From: Candidatus Woesebacteria bacterium
Lineage (GTDB): Bacteria; Patescibacteriota; Microgenomatia; UBA1400; MFAQ01
Length of the DNA stretch: 64,000 bases
Direction: 5' to 3'
NCBI GenBank assembly: GCA_035389185.1
Contig: DAOORK010000001.1
Coordinates: forward strand, 257,006 to 321,005
In this document: one piece after another, positions 1-9,281 of the stretch
How the letters are laid out: every line of letters begins with the position of its first letter
How positions within the stretch are numbered: the first letter of the stretch is position 1
Made by a program: the position numbers and the translations under genes
The notes under the pieces: generated by a model
The model's database searches: none
What the model was told of the DNA's origin: nothing
The model's input: the letters and a program-made list of their open reading frames with translations, nothing else

Positions 1-217
1 CAGAACCAAGACCCTTCGTCCCTTTCTCGCCAATTTGTAATTTTATATCTGCGTTCGAGTTTATAAGTGCTTGCATGTCAGTATTGACAGCAATAAACTC
101 AACACCTTTTATTTTCCCTGAGGAAATCATGGAGTTTACGGCGTTGTTACCGCCGCCGCCTACACCCAAAACTTTTATCTTGGCAAATGTGTTTGTGTCT
201 GGTTTAACTAGGCCCAC
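1..217 (-). CDS. ftsZ: Cell division GTPase FtsZ, N-terminal part only; gene continues beyond window start. Start codon uncertain (GTG at 217 or further upstream).
   Basis: Reverse-complement translation of 1-217 reads ...[59 protein letters not shown], matching the canonical FtsZ N-terminal GGGGNNAVN nucleotide-binding motif. Position immediately downstream of ftsA is as in dcw clusters. Confidence 0.85.
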   Translation of the reverse strand, partial: MGLVKPDTNTFAKIKVLGVGGGGNNAVNSMISSGKIKGVEFIAVNTDMQALINSNADIKLQIGEKGTKGLGS

Positions 218-218
218 T

Positions 219-1490
219 TTATGGTAAGAATGATTTGATAAACTCGATCGCTCGGCTAACAAGCTGTTTGCCGGGAATCCCCTTTATCATACCAGACAGT
301 TTAAAACTTGGAGCAGATGATTGTTCTTTATGGTGATAACCGTAAAGAGCCAGCCCTACGGCTGAAGCATAGACAGGTGAGTTTATCTCGTCGGTAAGGC
401 CATGAAGACTAGAGGGAGTTCCGATTTTGGCAGGTAACTGCATAACACGGCGACAGCTTTCGGTGCAGTTAACGGTAAGTGATCCACCACCAGTGAGGAC
501 AACTCCGGCAGGAGTGAGTCCATCAAAACCAGACTGTTTTACAACACTATTTACCAAAGAAAAGATTTCATTTAGCCTGGGGCGAATAATACCTTCAACA
601 ATAGTTTTTCGAGAGACTTTCTTCACATCTTCGGTTACTCCAAGCTTGGCAAGATCAATCTCATCAGTTGACTTTGTGTCTCCTTCTGGATCGCGACGAG
701 GTTTACCAACGTAGTGTTTAATTTTTTCGGCACTATCTACACTGATTTGCAGACCTATGGCAATATCATCGCTGATTTTCTTTGCTCCGATGGGAATAAC
801 AGATGAATAAACACAAGAACCTTCGACATAAATACAAACACTAGTTGTACCTCCTCCAATATCAACCAAAATCACTCCCAACTCTTTGTCGGTGTCAGTT
901 AGAACTGATTCGGCTGAAGCAAGTCCGGTAAAAACCAATCCGGAGACGTTTACTCCCAGTTCGTTAACGCAACGGGTAACATTTTTGATTGCCGGAGTAA
1001 GACCGGTGATTAAATGCGCTTCGGTTTCAAGGCGGACTCCGGACATACCTGTGGGATCTTTAATACCGTGCTGGCCGTCAACAATGAACTCACGTGGAAG
1101 AACATGAATAATCTCTCGAGAAGTAGGTAGGGAGACAGCTCTAGCGGCTTCAATTACTCGGAAGACATCGTCTTGACTGATTTCACCTTCCGTCTCCGTA
1201 ATGGCAACTAGTCCTTGAGAGTTTTGAGATTGAATATTTTCTCCTGAAATCGAAACGTAGGCGCTGTCCACACCAAAACCAGCCATCCTTTCGGCAGACT
1301 CAACACAATCGGTAATGGAGCTAACACATTCTTCGATATTGACAATCTGTCCGCGACGAATACCTCTACTGGTGACCGTAGCTGCTCCGACCAAGTTAAT
1401 TTTTGTGCCATCTTGATTGGGAACAGTGATAAGACAGGTGATTTTGCTAGATCCGATGTCTATTGCGTTTATTCCTTGTGGTTTTGCCAT
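219..1490 (-). CDS. ftsA: Cell division protein FtsA (actin-like ATPase)
   Basis: 423 aa; actin/Hsp70 fold signatures (DIGSSKI.., [14 protein letters not shown]); sits between ftsQ and ftsZ. Confidence 0.85.
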   Translation of the reverse strand: MAKPQGINAIDIGSSKITCLITVPNQDGTKINLVGAATVTSRGIRRGQIVNIEECVSSITDCVESAERMAGFGVDSAYVSISGENIQSQNSQGLVAITETEGEISQDDVFRVIEAARAVSLPTSREIIHVLPREFIVDGQHGIKDPTGMSGVRLETEAHLITGLTPAIKNVTRCVNELGVNVSGLVFTGLASAESVLTDTDKELGVILVDIGGGTTSVCIYVEGSCVYSSVIPIGAKKISDDIAIGLQISVDSAEKIKHYVGKPRRDPEGDTKSTDEIDLAKLGVTEDVKKVSRKTIVEGIIRPRLNEIFSLVNSVVKQSGFDGLTPAGVVLTGGGSLTVNCTESCRRVMQLPAKIGTPSSLHGLTDEINSPVYASAVGLALYGYHHKEQSSAPSFKLSGMIKGIPGKQLVSRAIEFIKSFLP

Positions 1491-1494
1491 ATGT

Positions 1495-2334
1495 TTATCT
1501 AAGGATCGGATTTTTAAAACTTAAATCGATCACTTTAGTGTCTTTTTTTATTGTAACGAGGTAGTTAAGCGATTGTAAAGCCGTCGTTACGCTTCCCTCG
1601 TCAAAGGGTACAGTTACAATGATATCAGGTTGGTCGACCGGGCTCAAGAAACAACGATTATTAATAATATAGACTTGAGATAGGTTTAAGTATTTAGAGG
1701 CAAGTTTTATCAAATCAAATATAGAGGCAATCTCTTCTGAGTCAGGCTTTTGGGTAAAAATGTAGCTAATATTGGCCCCGACTGAGGCAACAGGAGTCAT
1801 TGTGCCGTTATCCCAAAGGTTGAAACCAAGACCTTCTTTTGAGTCAAGATACTTTTGCAGTTCAACACTTGGACGAGTCCACCAACTAGCAGAGTCAGTG
1901 GTACTGGGAGCTTCATCCATTGAAAGTTTGGGTAGTTCTTGAACAAGATAGATATTGGCCTGAATAAAAGGACGAGTTCCCTGAAGTTTGACAAGTAATG
2001 TGTTGGGAAGAGTGAAACCTATACTTACTTTATCAATCGGATATGCATTTTTTACCTGGTTTATCAATCCCTTTTGGTTTATGAATAAGGAGTTCTTCCC
2101 GAGTGAACGATTCATGATGGTAATGATTTCAACGGGACAGACTTGATCATTAAGTGAACAGTTTATTTTTTTGACTACTAACAATGAATTAAGGCCCATG
2201 ACAATCACTACAATCAAAGCAACAGGCGCAATTTTCTTAAGATAGCTTAGTAGCTGGATCTTAGTTATTTTTGCCCGTCTTTCAAAACGTTTAGATGTAA
2301 TCGTGGATAATCTGAACAATCTTCTCGGTTGCAT
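1495..2334 (-). CDS. ftsQ: Cell division protein FtsQ/DivIB-like (single N-terminal TM, POTRA-type extracytoplasmic domain)
   Basis: 279 aa, one N-terminal TM helix (IAPVALIVVIVMGLNSLLVV) followed by a soluble domain; position between murG and ftsA. Overlaps the murG 3' end by 44 nt. Confidence 0.55.
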   Translation of the reverse strand: MQPRRLFRLSTITSKRFERRAKITKIQLLSYLKKIAPVALIVVIVMGLNSLLVVKKINCSLNDQVCPVEIITIMNRSLGKNSLFINQKGLINQVKNAYPIDKVSIGFTLPNTLLVKLQGTRPFIQANIYLVQELPKLSMDEAPSTTDSASWWTRPSVELQKYLDSKEGLGFNLWDNGTMTPVASVGANISYIFTQKPDSEEIASIFDLIKLASKYLNLSQVYIINNRCFLSPVDQPDIIVTVPFDEGSVTTALQSLNYLVTIKKDTKVIDLSFKNPILR

Positions 2335-3361
2335 TGGTAACTAATTTGTTAGTTGGCTTAATAGCCGCTTTTTTTGCTAAATCGATAATCGCCTTTTTTA
2401 AGACATCCGGGGTGAGATTTTTTTCTTCAAGAACTATACTGCCAATCTCTTTTTCTGCCTGTTTGGCGTTGAGATATTGCTCGTTGTGAGATACCCAAGG
2501 AATGGGAACGAGAACTGCTTTTTTACCCAGAACCATTAATTCATATACAGAGTGAGCACCGGCACGGCCAACAACAACCGAAGCAGAACGTATGTAGGTA
2601 GCTACGTCCTCAGAAAAAAAGTAAGGGGAATAAATGTAACGATCTTTATACTCTCCCAATTTTTCTTTGATACGACGGGCTCGATCTGAGTCTTTGGTAA
2701 GAGTACTGGCACCAGTTTGATGAACGACAGTAAAATGTTTGGTGAGATCAGGAATAATGGGGAAAAGTGCTTTATTGATGATGTGGGAGCCTTGTTTACC
2801 GCAGGATATATATATTAGTTTGGGATCATATTTTTTGGTGTATTTGTTACTGAGTAGCTCTTTCCGAACCGGGAGACCAACAACAATAGATTTTTCTTTG
2901 GGGAAATTAGGTAAAGATGATTTAAAAGAAAGCAGTATTTTTTTGACGAATGGAGAAATAGCCTTATTGGCCCAACCGGAAATGACGGTTTGTTCGTGAG
3001 TAATTGCAGGAATGCCTAAAACCCAGCCGGAGATGACTACAGGTACTGACAGATAACCACCTGAAGCATAAATTAGTTTTGGTCTGTATTTTAGAAGGTA
3101 AATAAAGGCCTGAAAAAACCCAAAAACAATTTTTATCCATTCCAAGGGATCAAACTTTTTATAAAATCTTCCGGCTTTGAGTTCTAAGAAACGAAATCCT
3201 GCCCGAGTTACTTCCTGATACTCGGCTGAAAGGGATTTGTCTCCTCGAAAATTGAATTTATGACCGATCCAGATAATAGGATAGCCTTCTTTGTGTAAGG
3301 CTTTGGCTACTTCAAGAGCACTGTTATGGTGTCCACCAGTGAAGACAATTAATGATTTCAT
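2291..3361 (-). CDS. murG: MurG, UDP-GlcNAc:lipid I N-acetylglucosaminyltransferase (GT28)
   Basis: 356 aa; N-terminal FTGGHHNSALEVAKAL (G-rich loop like MurG GGTGGH), C-terminal GT-B domain (GRAGAHSVYELMVLGKKAVLVP); position after ftsW. Confidence 0.75.
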   Translation of the reverse strand: MKSLIVFTGGHHNSALEVAKALHKEGYPIIWIGHKFNFRGDKSLSAEYQEVTRAGFRFLELKAGRFYKKFDPLEWIKIVFGFFQAFIYLLKYRPKLIYASGGYLSVPVVISGWVLGIPAITHEQTVISGWANKAISPFVKKILLSFKSSLPNFPKEKSIVVGLPVRKELLSNKYTKKYDPKLIYISCGKQGSHIINKALFPIIPDLTKHFTVVHQTGASTLTKDSDRARRIKEKLGEYKDRYIYSPYFFSEDVATYIRSASVVVGRAGAHSVYELMVLGKKAVLVPIPWVSHNEQYLNAKQAEKEIGSIVLEEKNLTPDVLKKAIIDLAKKAAIKPTNKLVTNATEKIVQIIHDYI

Positions 3362-4437
3362 GTTCGTTTTGCAATATTAATAAGCAGTCCTAAGGCAATA
3401 AAGTTGGTCACTAATGACGATCCCCCATAAGAAATGAACGGAAGCGGGACACCTGTAAGGGGAACTAAGGCAACCATAGAACTTAAATTGACAAAGATCT
3501 GGATAAGAAACATCAAAGAGATACTGCTTGCTAGTAGCTTATCAAATTTATCATTAACATTCACGGCAACTTTAAATGAGGCCATCAACAAACCAAACAT
3601 AATAGCAATAAAGATTGCACTTCCCAAGAAGCCAAACTCTTCAGCAATAATGGCAAAAATTGAGTCTGTGGTTGCCTCGGGAAGATAGGCATATTTTTGT
3701 CGGGATTTGCCAAGGCCAACTCCATTTAGACCCCCCGAACCGAGGCTGTAAAGGATTTGATTAATATGATAAGAAGAACCAAGAGGGTCGGTTGTCGGGT
3801 CCATAAAAGTTTTTAGACGGTTGAGACGGTATGGAGAAACGAGAATTAAAGTACTGATGCCCAAAAGCAAAATAAAACAAAAGGTAATAATATCTTTGCT
3901 TCGAGCTCCGGATAGGTAAAAGACCATAAAAGACACGCCGGCAATAATTAGAGCAGTGCCCAGATCGGGCTGAAGCATAATTAAACCAAGATTGAGTGAT
4001 AGTAGAATCAAAAATTGTTTGAGGCTGTGTTCTGTTTCCATCCATTTGGCTAAATAAATGGCAAGAGTGATTTTTAACAGTTCTGAAGGCTGAATCACAG
4101 TAATTCCTATATCGATCCAGCGTCGAGCACCGAGATATTTTGAACCAATACCGGGGATAAGGACAAGAAACATAAAAAGTAAAGTGATCCCATAAAAAAT
4201 GTGAGCATTTTTTTTGAATATCTGCATAGGAATATTGGCTGTAATCACGGCAACGACAACACCAATACAAATCCATAGTGCCTGCTGTTTGACGTAATGA
4301 TACTTATCGCCAAAAGTCCTGAAGGCGTCGATTACTGAGGCGTCATAAATGGCGATCAAACCAAAACAGGCAACAAGCACGCCAATCAAGAGGATAGTAA
4401 AAGGGAGGCGATTATGATGGCCTTGGGGGCGATGCAT
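3358..4437 (-). CDS. ftsW: SEDS-family peptidoglycan glycosyltransferase FtsW/RodA
   Basis: 359 aa polytopic membrane protein with typical SEDS motifs (PDLGTALI, LPEATTDSIFA, GGSS); position between mraY and murG. Confidence 0.8.
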   Translation of the reverse strand: MHRPQGHHNRLPFTILLIGVLVACFGLIAIYDASVIDAFRTFGDKYHYVKQQALWICIGVVVAVITANIPMQIFKKNAHIFYGITLLFMFLVLIPGIGSKYLGARRWIDIGITVIQPSELLKITLAIYLAKWMETEHSLKQFLILLSLNLGLIMLQPDLGTALIIAGVSFMVFYLSGARSKDIITFCFILLLGISTLILVSPYRLNRLKTFMDPTTDPLGSSYHINQILYSLGSGGLNGVGLGKSRQKYAYLPEATTDSIFAIIAEEFGFLGSAIFIAIMFGLLMASFKVAVNVNDKFDKLLASSISLMFLIQIFVNLSSMVALVPLTGVPLPFISYGGSSLVTNFIALGLLINIAKRT

Positions 4438-4440
4438 AAT

Positions 4441-5466
4441 TTATATGATAGCTAACCAGATTCCGAAAATGACAAGCATAATAGCAACAAGCCAAGTTCT
4501 TTGAACAATTTTTGGTTCGGTCCAACCAATCTTTAGAAGGTAATAATGAAGAGGTGCGATAGGAAGAAGACGACGATGGAGTATTTTTACCCCCAAAATC
4601 TGAACCAAACTACTAAAACCGTTAATCAAAAATGGTAGTCCTATTATCAATAGTGCTATCACCTTGCCGGTTAACAGACCAACTGTAGCAAAAGTGGCAC
4701 CGAAGGCAAGAGCACCAACATCCCCCATAAAAAGACGAGCCGGATAGACATTGAAATAGAGGAAAGCAATTAGGCCGCCAAGCCAAAGAGCAATAAAGAT
4801 AGAAAGAGGTGTATCGAGGATAGATGTTGACAGAAGAAGAAAACCAAAGAGACTTATCATCAACAACCCTGGAGCAAGACCATCCATACCATCGGTAATG
4901 TTGACACAATTGGCAAAAGCAACAATAAGAAAAGCAGCAATTGGTACAAACCAAAAACCAAAGTGAATCACCCCCAAGAAGGGAATGTGAATGATATCGA
5001 TACCCAAGTTAAGGTACATCAGAGCACCGATAATTAATCCGAGAATGGCTTGCAGAATAAACTTGTATCGCGTTTTTAGGCCAGTGTACCCCTGTTCTCT
5101 ATCTAGTTCAAAAAACTTGACGACATCATCGTAAAGTCCGAGCAAACCAAAAGAAATAAAGGTGAAAAATATCACGTTTATTTCATCATTGATGGGATAA
5201 ACATGAGTGATTTCAAAACCCAGTTTTCGAAGACCAGGCATCATGAAGGCAAAAATCAATGATGTTATGGTGAGAATCAACAAACCACCGCCTTCGGGTG
5301 TGCGAGCTTTGGAACGAATATGAGTTGAGGCTTCGTCTACTTTTTCTTTGGAAATTGCGGTTTTGTTTTTGAAAAATTTAAATCGATAGAGAAGATTAAT
5401 AAAAGGCACTAAAACAAGTGAGTGAACGATAAAAGAGAAGATCAAGATACCAAGAAGTAAATCCAT
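4441..5466 (-). CDS. mraY: Phospho-N-acetylmuramoyl-pentapeptide transferase MraY
   Basis: 341 aa; MraY motifs GLYDDVVKF and NCVNITDGMDGLA (cf. NAVNLTDGLDGLA); 10 TM. Confidence 0.85.
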   Translation of the reverse strand: MDLLLGILIFSFIVHSLVLVPFINLLYRFKFFKNKTAISKEKVDEASTHIRSKARTPEGGGLLILTITSLIFAFMMPGLRKLGFEITHVYPINDEINVIFFTFISFGLLGLYDDVVKFFELDREQGYTGLKTRYKFILQAILGLIIGALMYLNLGIDIIHIPFLGVIHFGFWFVPIAAFLIVAFANCVNITDGMDGLAPGLLMISLFGFLLLSTSILDTPLSIFIALWLGGLIAFLYFNVYPARLFMGDVGALAFGATFATVGLLTGKVIALLIIGLPFLINGFSSLVQILGVKILHRRLLPIAPLHYYLLKIGWTEPKIVQRTWLVAIMLVIFGIWLAII

Positions 5467-5467
5467 T

Positions 5468-5836
5468 TTAAAAAGAACTTAATATTTTTGGCAAGAAAAT
5501 AATAAGGCCAATAATAATCGAAAGCCCTGCCGATATTAAAACCATGGCTGCAGCAACATCTTTGGCGGTTTTGGCATCGACTCTTTTTTCTAAAGTAATA
5601 AGGTCGACCATGGCCTCAATGGCCGTGTTGACTAACTCTGCGACCAGTACCATGTTGATGGTAAAGACTAAGATGAGCCATTCAACAAAACTGATGGAAA
5701 AATACACCCCCAAAAGGATAACAGCAATTGTTGCTAACAAATGAAATCTAAAATTAGGCTGAGTACGAATAGCGTATAGAAAACCGTCAAAGGCATGTCT
5801 GAAACTTACTTTATGTCTCCGTAGAGGATTGTACAT
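5468..5836 (-). CDS. dgkA: DgkA-family lipid kinase (diacylglycerol/undecaprenol kinase)
   Basis: 122 aa, 3 TM; conserved ELVNTAIEAMVD and KD.AAAMVLI motifs of prokaryotic DgkA/UdpK family. Length identical to E. coli DgkA. Confidence 0.7.
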   Translation of the reverse strand: MYNPLRRHKVSFRHAFDGFLYAIRTQPNFRFHLLATIAVILLGVYFSISFVEWLILVFTINMVLVAELVNTAIEAMVDLITLEKRVDAKTAKDVAAAMVLISAGLSIIIGLIIFLPKILSSF

Positions 5837-5863
5837 ATTTAGTCTATTTTACCAGTGTTAGAG

Positions 5864-7540
5864 CTAAAGCATAAGTTGTTTGGCAATAGAGAACCAAAGT
5901 GGGGCGGCAGTTTCCGAACCCCAAGGAGAAGTTTGCGGCTCTCTTAGGGTAACCAGCATGGTGTATTGAGGGTCGTTGGCTGGAAAAAAACCAACGAAAC
6001 TGGCAATAGTTTTTTCCGGATCGTAATGACCTTCGATGGGGATTTGGGCAGTACCTGTTTTTCCGGCAATAGAAATGCCTTGGGGTTTGGCCCATTTTGA
6101 CTCTCCTCGGTCAACAGCCTGAACCATGATCTGAGTCATGTCCGAAACAGACTCGGGAGTGAGAACTCGCCTTAACTTTCCTGTTTCACCCTCAATCACA
6201 GTTGGTTTAATGTAGTTACCTCCGTTGGCAATAGTATTGACTGCAGCTATCATTTGTATTGGAGTAACGGCAATTCCCTGACCAAATGAGTTGGTTGCCA
6301 AATCAATATCACCATATTCTTTTGCATCACGAAGACTTCCTGACACCTCCTCCTGTTGCTGAATACCAGTCTTTTCACCCAAACCATAGTTTTTCAGATA
6401 CTCGACAAATTTTTCTTTGCCTAGCTTTCTGGCAACAAAAACCATACCCGTGTTATCTGAGTTAATGATGACGTCGGTCATGGAAGAATTGGGGTGATAA
6501 ACCTCATTCCAAGTCTTAATTGCATATTTGCCAATTACTAAAGGTCCGGAGCAAATATCGCACTGTGTGTCCGGAGTAACCAACTTTTCATTTAGACCAG
6601 CGGCCATAATTAAAACTTTAAAAATTGAGCCTGGTTCAAATAGATCGGCAACGTTGGGATTTTTGTAGTATGTATTGGGATATTCTGAAAATTTGCCTGG
6701 GTCATAGTTTGGGAACGAGGCCATGGCTCTAATTTTGCCCGTTTTTGTCTCTAGAACAATAACGTTACCTGCTTGAGCCTGATATTTTGCCAAACCCTCT
6801 TTAAGCATATTTTCGGTGAGATACTGAATTTTTTTGCTGATCGTGGTGGTAATGGGTTTTCCTTCAATGGTGTGAAGAAACTGATAATTTCCAATGAGAA
6901 TTGGATTACCTTTGGCATCTTGCTCTGTTCGAATTTTGCCGCCCCTCCCTTTTAAGAGACGATCTCCATACCCTTCAAGACCAAAGTAGCCCTGTTCTTC
7001 ACCGCTAATATCCTGGCCAACAAAACCGAGAATGTGAGCCGACATACTGGACTCTGGATAATATCGAACAAATTCATCCTCGAATCCCAAACCAACGATG
7101 TTGAGCTTTTCAATTCTGTCTTTTGCATCCGGACTGACATAGTGTTGTAACGAGACCCAGTTCGAGTCTAGTGAAAGTCTATCTTTAAGATAACTACGAA
7201 TATCGGAGTCGGTAGTTGCTTCAGGATCTTTGTCGAGATTTTCTATTAGTTTTTCGACCAAATCGTTATCACTTATTTCTAACTGAGGTTTGTAAACATA
7301 AAGGTGATATAGATTCTTTGTTCCGGCAAGAATGTTACCTTCGAAATCGAGGATATTACCTCTTTTAGCCTCGAGATAGGTGGTTGTTTCGTGTTGTTTA
7401 CTCGCTTTTGTTTGAAGTTCCGGACCACGAATAATCTGCCAGTAAAATAAGCGAAGCAAAATAATTAAACCAATAAAAGGAACAAGAACAATGACTATTC
7501 TTAGTCTTTTTTGGATAACGTTACCCGAGTTTGTGAACAT
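5864..7540 (-). CDS. ftsI: Penicillin-binding protein, class B transpeptidase (FtsI/PBP2-like)
   Basis: 558 aa; N-terminal TM, dimerisation domain, transpeptidase motifs SIFK (SxxK), SDN (INSDN), KTGTA. Confidence 0.8.
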   Translation of the reverse strand: MFTNSGNVIQKRLRIVIVLVPFIGLIILLRLFYWQIIRGPELQTKASKQHETTTYLEAKRGNILDFEGNILAGTKNLYHLYVYKPQLEISDNDLVEKLIENLDKDPEATTDSDIRSYLKDRLSLDSNWVSLQHYVSPDAKDRIEKLNIVGLGFEDEFVRYYPESSMSAHILGFVGQDISGEEQGYFGLEGYGDRLLKGRGGKIRTEQDAKGNPILIGNYQFLHTIEGKPITTTISKKIQYLTENMLKEGLAKYQAQAGNVIVLETKTGKIRAMASFPNYDPGKFSEYPNTYYKNPNVADLFEPGSIFKVLIMAAGLNEKLVTPDTQCDICSGPLVIGKYAIKTWNEVYHPNSSMTDVIINSDNTGMVFVARKLGKEKFVEYLKNYGLGEKTGIQQQEEVSGSLRDAKEYGDIDLATNSFGQGIAVTPIQMIAAVNTIANGGNYIKPTVIEGETGKLRRVLTPESVSDMTQIMVQAVDRGESKWAKPQGISIAGKTGTAQIPIEGHYDPEKTIASFVGFFPANDPQYTMLVTLREPQTSPWGSETAAPLWFSIAKQLML

Positions 7541-7543
7541 TGA

Positions 7544-7852
7544 TTATCTTTGGGCGAAGGTTGGCGGAGTGGGAACAAAGACGATGTTTTTGGATCGGAC
7601 AAAACCACGATTCTCAGCTAGAGCTTCAATATTTTTAAGTTGGGTGGCCTCTTCGATCTTAACAGATAAAATTTGATTTTCCTTTTCTAGCTTGATCGTT
7701 TTTGTATCGATTTCGCCTACAGTTACACCTTCTGTGGCTAAAGCATTCGTGCCGATTAAGTTGATGGCTACAACTCCGGCAAAAATTACTGCCGTAAAAG
7801 CAAAGGCAGTTTGAGTATTAATTAATTTTTTTAGCGATCCTAAGTTTGGCAC
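7544..7852 (-). CDS. ftsL: FtsL/DivIC-like septum formation initiator (small bitopic coiled-coil protein)
   Basis: 102 aa, one TM (FAFTAVIFAGVVAINLIG) followed by a coiled-coil-like segment (KTIKLEKENQILSVKIEEATQLKNIEALAE); position between rsmH and ftsI. Overlaps the rsmH 3' end by 35 nt. Confidence 0.5.
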   Translation of the reverse strand: MPNLGSLKKLINTQTAFAFTAVIFAGVVAINLIGTNALATEGVTVGEIDTKTIKLEKENQILSVKIEEATQLKNIEALAENRGFVRSKNIVFVPTPPTFAQR

Positions 7853-8744
7853 TTCTAGTTCTTGGACTGATTGATAATTCAGATAACGACGGAACGATCG
7901 GTTTTTCGGTAATAGCGCTTAGCACTCCCTTGTCCTCTTCTGCCTTAATAAAATCCTTAATTAATTTGTCTTCTCCGGAATGGAAACTAATAATGCCTAT
8001 CTGGCCACTCTTTTTAAGAAGCAAGGGTAGCTGGGGTAAGAGCAGGTGGATATTTTCCCTTTCAAGATTGACAACCATTCTAAGAGCCATAAAGACCTGA
8101 GTCGCGGGATGAATTCTTCCTGAACGACTTCTTTTGACTCTCTGGACAATATCGGCTAACTGTTTGGTGGTTTTTATTGGGTTAATACTTCTTTGTTTGA
8201 CGATGATGCGGGCAAGAGGTTTGGCGAATGGTTCATCACCAAGAGCAAAGAGATCAGCTAGTTCTCCTTCATTTAGAACAGCCAATAGATCTGCGGCAGT
8301 AACACCCAGATCTTTCGTTAGTCGCATGTCTAATGGTTCATCCATACTGAAGCTGAATCCTCGGTCGGGAGAAAGAATTTGATATTGGGAAGGTCCCAGA
8401 TCAACCATGACACCGTCAAACGACGGTAGTGCAAGTTTTTGAACGATCTCCGAAACTTTGGTGAAATTACCTCGAACAACTATCCAATTGAAATCTTTGG
8501 GAGCAGGAAGGGTAATATTCTCCGATTCAAAAATAAGAGGTGAGAATTTTTCGGGTACAAAACCAACAGCTCTTTTGATTGCCTCAATGTCAATATCAAA
8601 CGAAACAACACGACAACCGGCTTCTAGAGCTTCTTGTGTGTGTCCTCCGTCACCGAGAGTGAGATCTAAGAAAAGATATCCTTTCTTAAAACCGTAGAGT
8701 TTGGATAGTTCACCCTTGTAGGCGGAAAAATGTCTTTCTATCAT
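7818..8744 (-). CDS. rsmH: 16S rRNA (cytosine1402-N4)-methyltransferase RsmH (MraW)
   Basis: 308 aa; FLDLTLGDGGHT SAM-binding motif typical of MraW, C-terminal SGRIHPATQVFMALR motif; follows mraZ. Confidence 0.8.
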   Translation of the reverse strand: MIERHFSAYKGELSKLYGFKKGYLFLDLTLGDGGHTQEALEAGCRVVSFDIDIEAIKRAVGFVPEKFSPLIFESENITLPAPKDFNWIVVRGNFTKVSEIVQKLALPSFDGVMVDLGPSQYQILSPDRGFSFSMDEPLDMRLTKDLGVTAADLLAVLNEGELADLFALGDEPFAKPLARIIVKQRSINPIKTTKQLADIVQRVKRSRSGRIHPATQVFMALRMVVNLERENIHLLLPQLPLLLKKSGQIGIISFHSGEDKLIKDFIKAEEDKGVLSAITEKPIVPSLSELSISPRTRSAKLRIAKKIN

Positions 8745-9172
8745 ATATTGAGTTCGGCTAAGCCTTGATCGGCCTGGCTGATGGTTTGCGCTATTAAGTC
8801 AAGGTGCTGATGATAGGCGTCACGATCCCAAATCTCGATGCGATTAAGGGTTCCGGCGACTACCACCTGTTTTTTGATATTGGCTTGATCTCTGAGATAC
8901 TCCGGAATCAAGGTTCTCCCTTGGCTGTCGAGATTCAAGTCGACTGCTGACTGTACCAAGAGACGAGTTAAATTCCTGGCCGCCGGATTGGTCAGGGAAA
9001 GCGAGGCCAGCTTTTCGGAGAGCTTCTGCCAGTATGATTTGGGGAAAAGAAACAGACACCCATCGAGACCCCAGGTGATGACGCCACCTGATGTCAGTTC
9101 TTCCCGAAAAGACTGGGGAATAGCTAGTCTCCCCTTGGTCTCTAGATTGTGGTAGTAGCGTCCAGTAAACAT
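8741..9172 (-). CDS. mraZ: Transcriptional regulator MraZ
   Basis: 143 aa; N-terminal MFTGRYYHNLETKGRLAIPQSFR and second repeat of the KGR..P DXXXR-type module; first gene of the dcw cluster. Confidence 0.8.
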   Translation of the reverse strand: MFTGRYYHNLETKGRLAIPQSFREELTSGGVITWGLDGCLFLFPKSYWQKLSEKLASLSLTNPAARNLTRLLVQSAVDLNLDSQGRTLIPEYLRDQANIKKQVVVAGTLNRIEIWDRDAYHQHLDLIAQTISQADQGLAELNI

Positions 9173-9192
9173 AATTCATATTGGCAGGCTTC

Positions 9193-9232
9193 AAAGTGGT
9201 ATTTATAGGATACTTCACCACTCATCACCACT
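9193..9232 (-). promoter_or_regulatory. MraZ-box-like repeats: two direct AGTGGTGA octamers with 10-bp periodicity (minus strand, plus-strand coords 9225-9232 and 9215-9222) plus an inverted AAAGTGGT copy on the plus strand (9193-9200), between the putative -10 and the mraZ start.
   Basis: Sequence aaaAGTGGTGAtgAGTGGTGAag read on the minus strand. MraZ proteins are known to bind series of GTG(G/T)-containing direct repeats spaced about 10 bp just downstream of the mra promoter (E. coli, Mollicutes). Confidence 0.35.
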
Positions 9233-9236
9233 TTTC

Positions 9237-9265
9237 AGTATGATACACAATATATACGATGTCAA
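9237..9265 (-). promoter_or_regulatory. Putative sigma70-type promoter of the mraZ-dcw operon: -35 TTGACA at 9265..9260 (minus strand), 17-nt spacer, -10 CATACT at 9242..9237; alternative -10 TATCAT with 14-nt spacer.
   Basis: Perfect TTGACA hexamer in the 164-bp intergenic region 95 nt upstream of the mraZ ATG. The -10 is weak, so confidence is modest. Confidence 0.3.
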
Positions 9266-9281
9266 GGGGTGTGTAAAGGGG

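Noticed and set aside
427-1411. Plus- and minus-strand ORFs of 67-95 aa embedded in ftsA (427..714 +, 886..1107 +, 1208..1411 -)
   Set aside because: They lie antisense to or out of frame within a well-supported FtsA coding sequence and have no motifs. They look like typical spurious ORFs inside a gene.
3761-4276. 171-aa ORF on the minus strand inside ftsW in a different frame, Cys/Tyr/Arg-rich
   Set aside because: Alternate-frame artefact of the ftsW coding region; no start context and no homology signal.
8844-9221. 125-aa minus-strand ORF overlapping mraZ and its leader
   Set aside because: Out of frame with the clearly recognisable MraZ sequence; its 5' part covers the putative operator and 5'UTR. 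Most likely non-coding.
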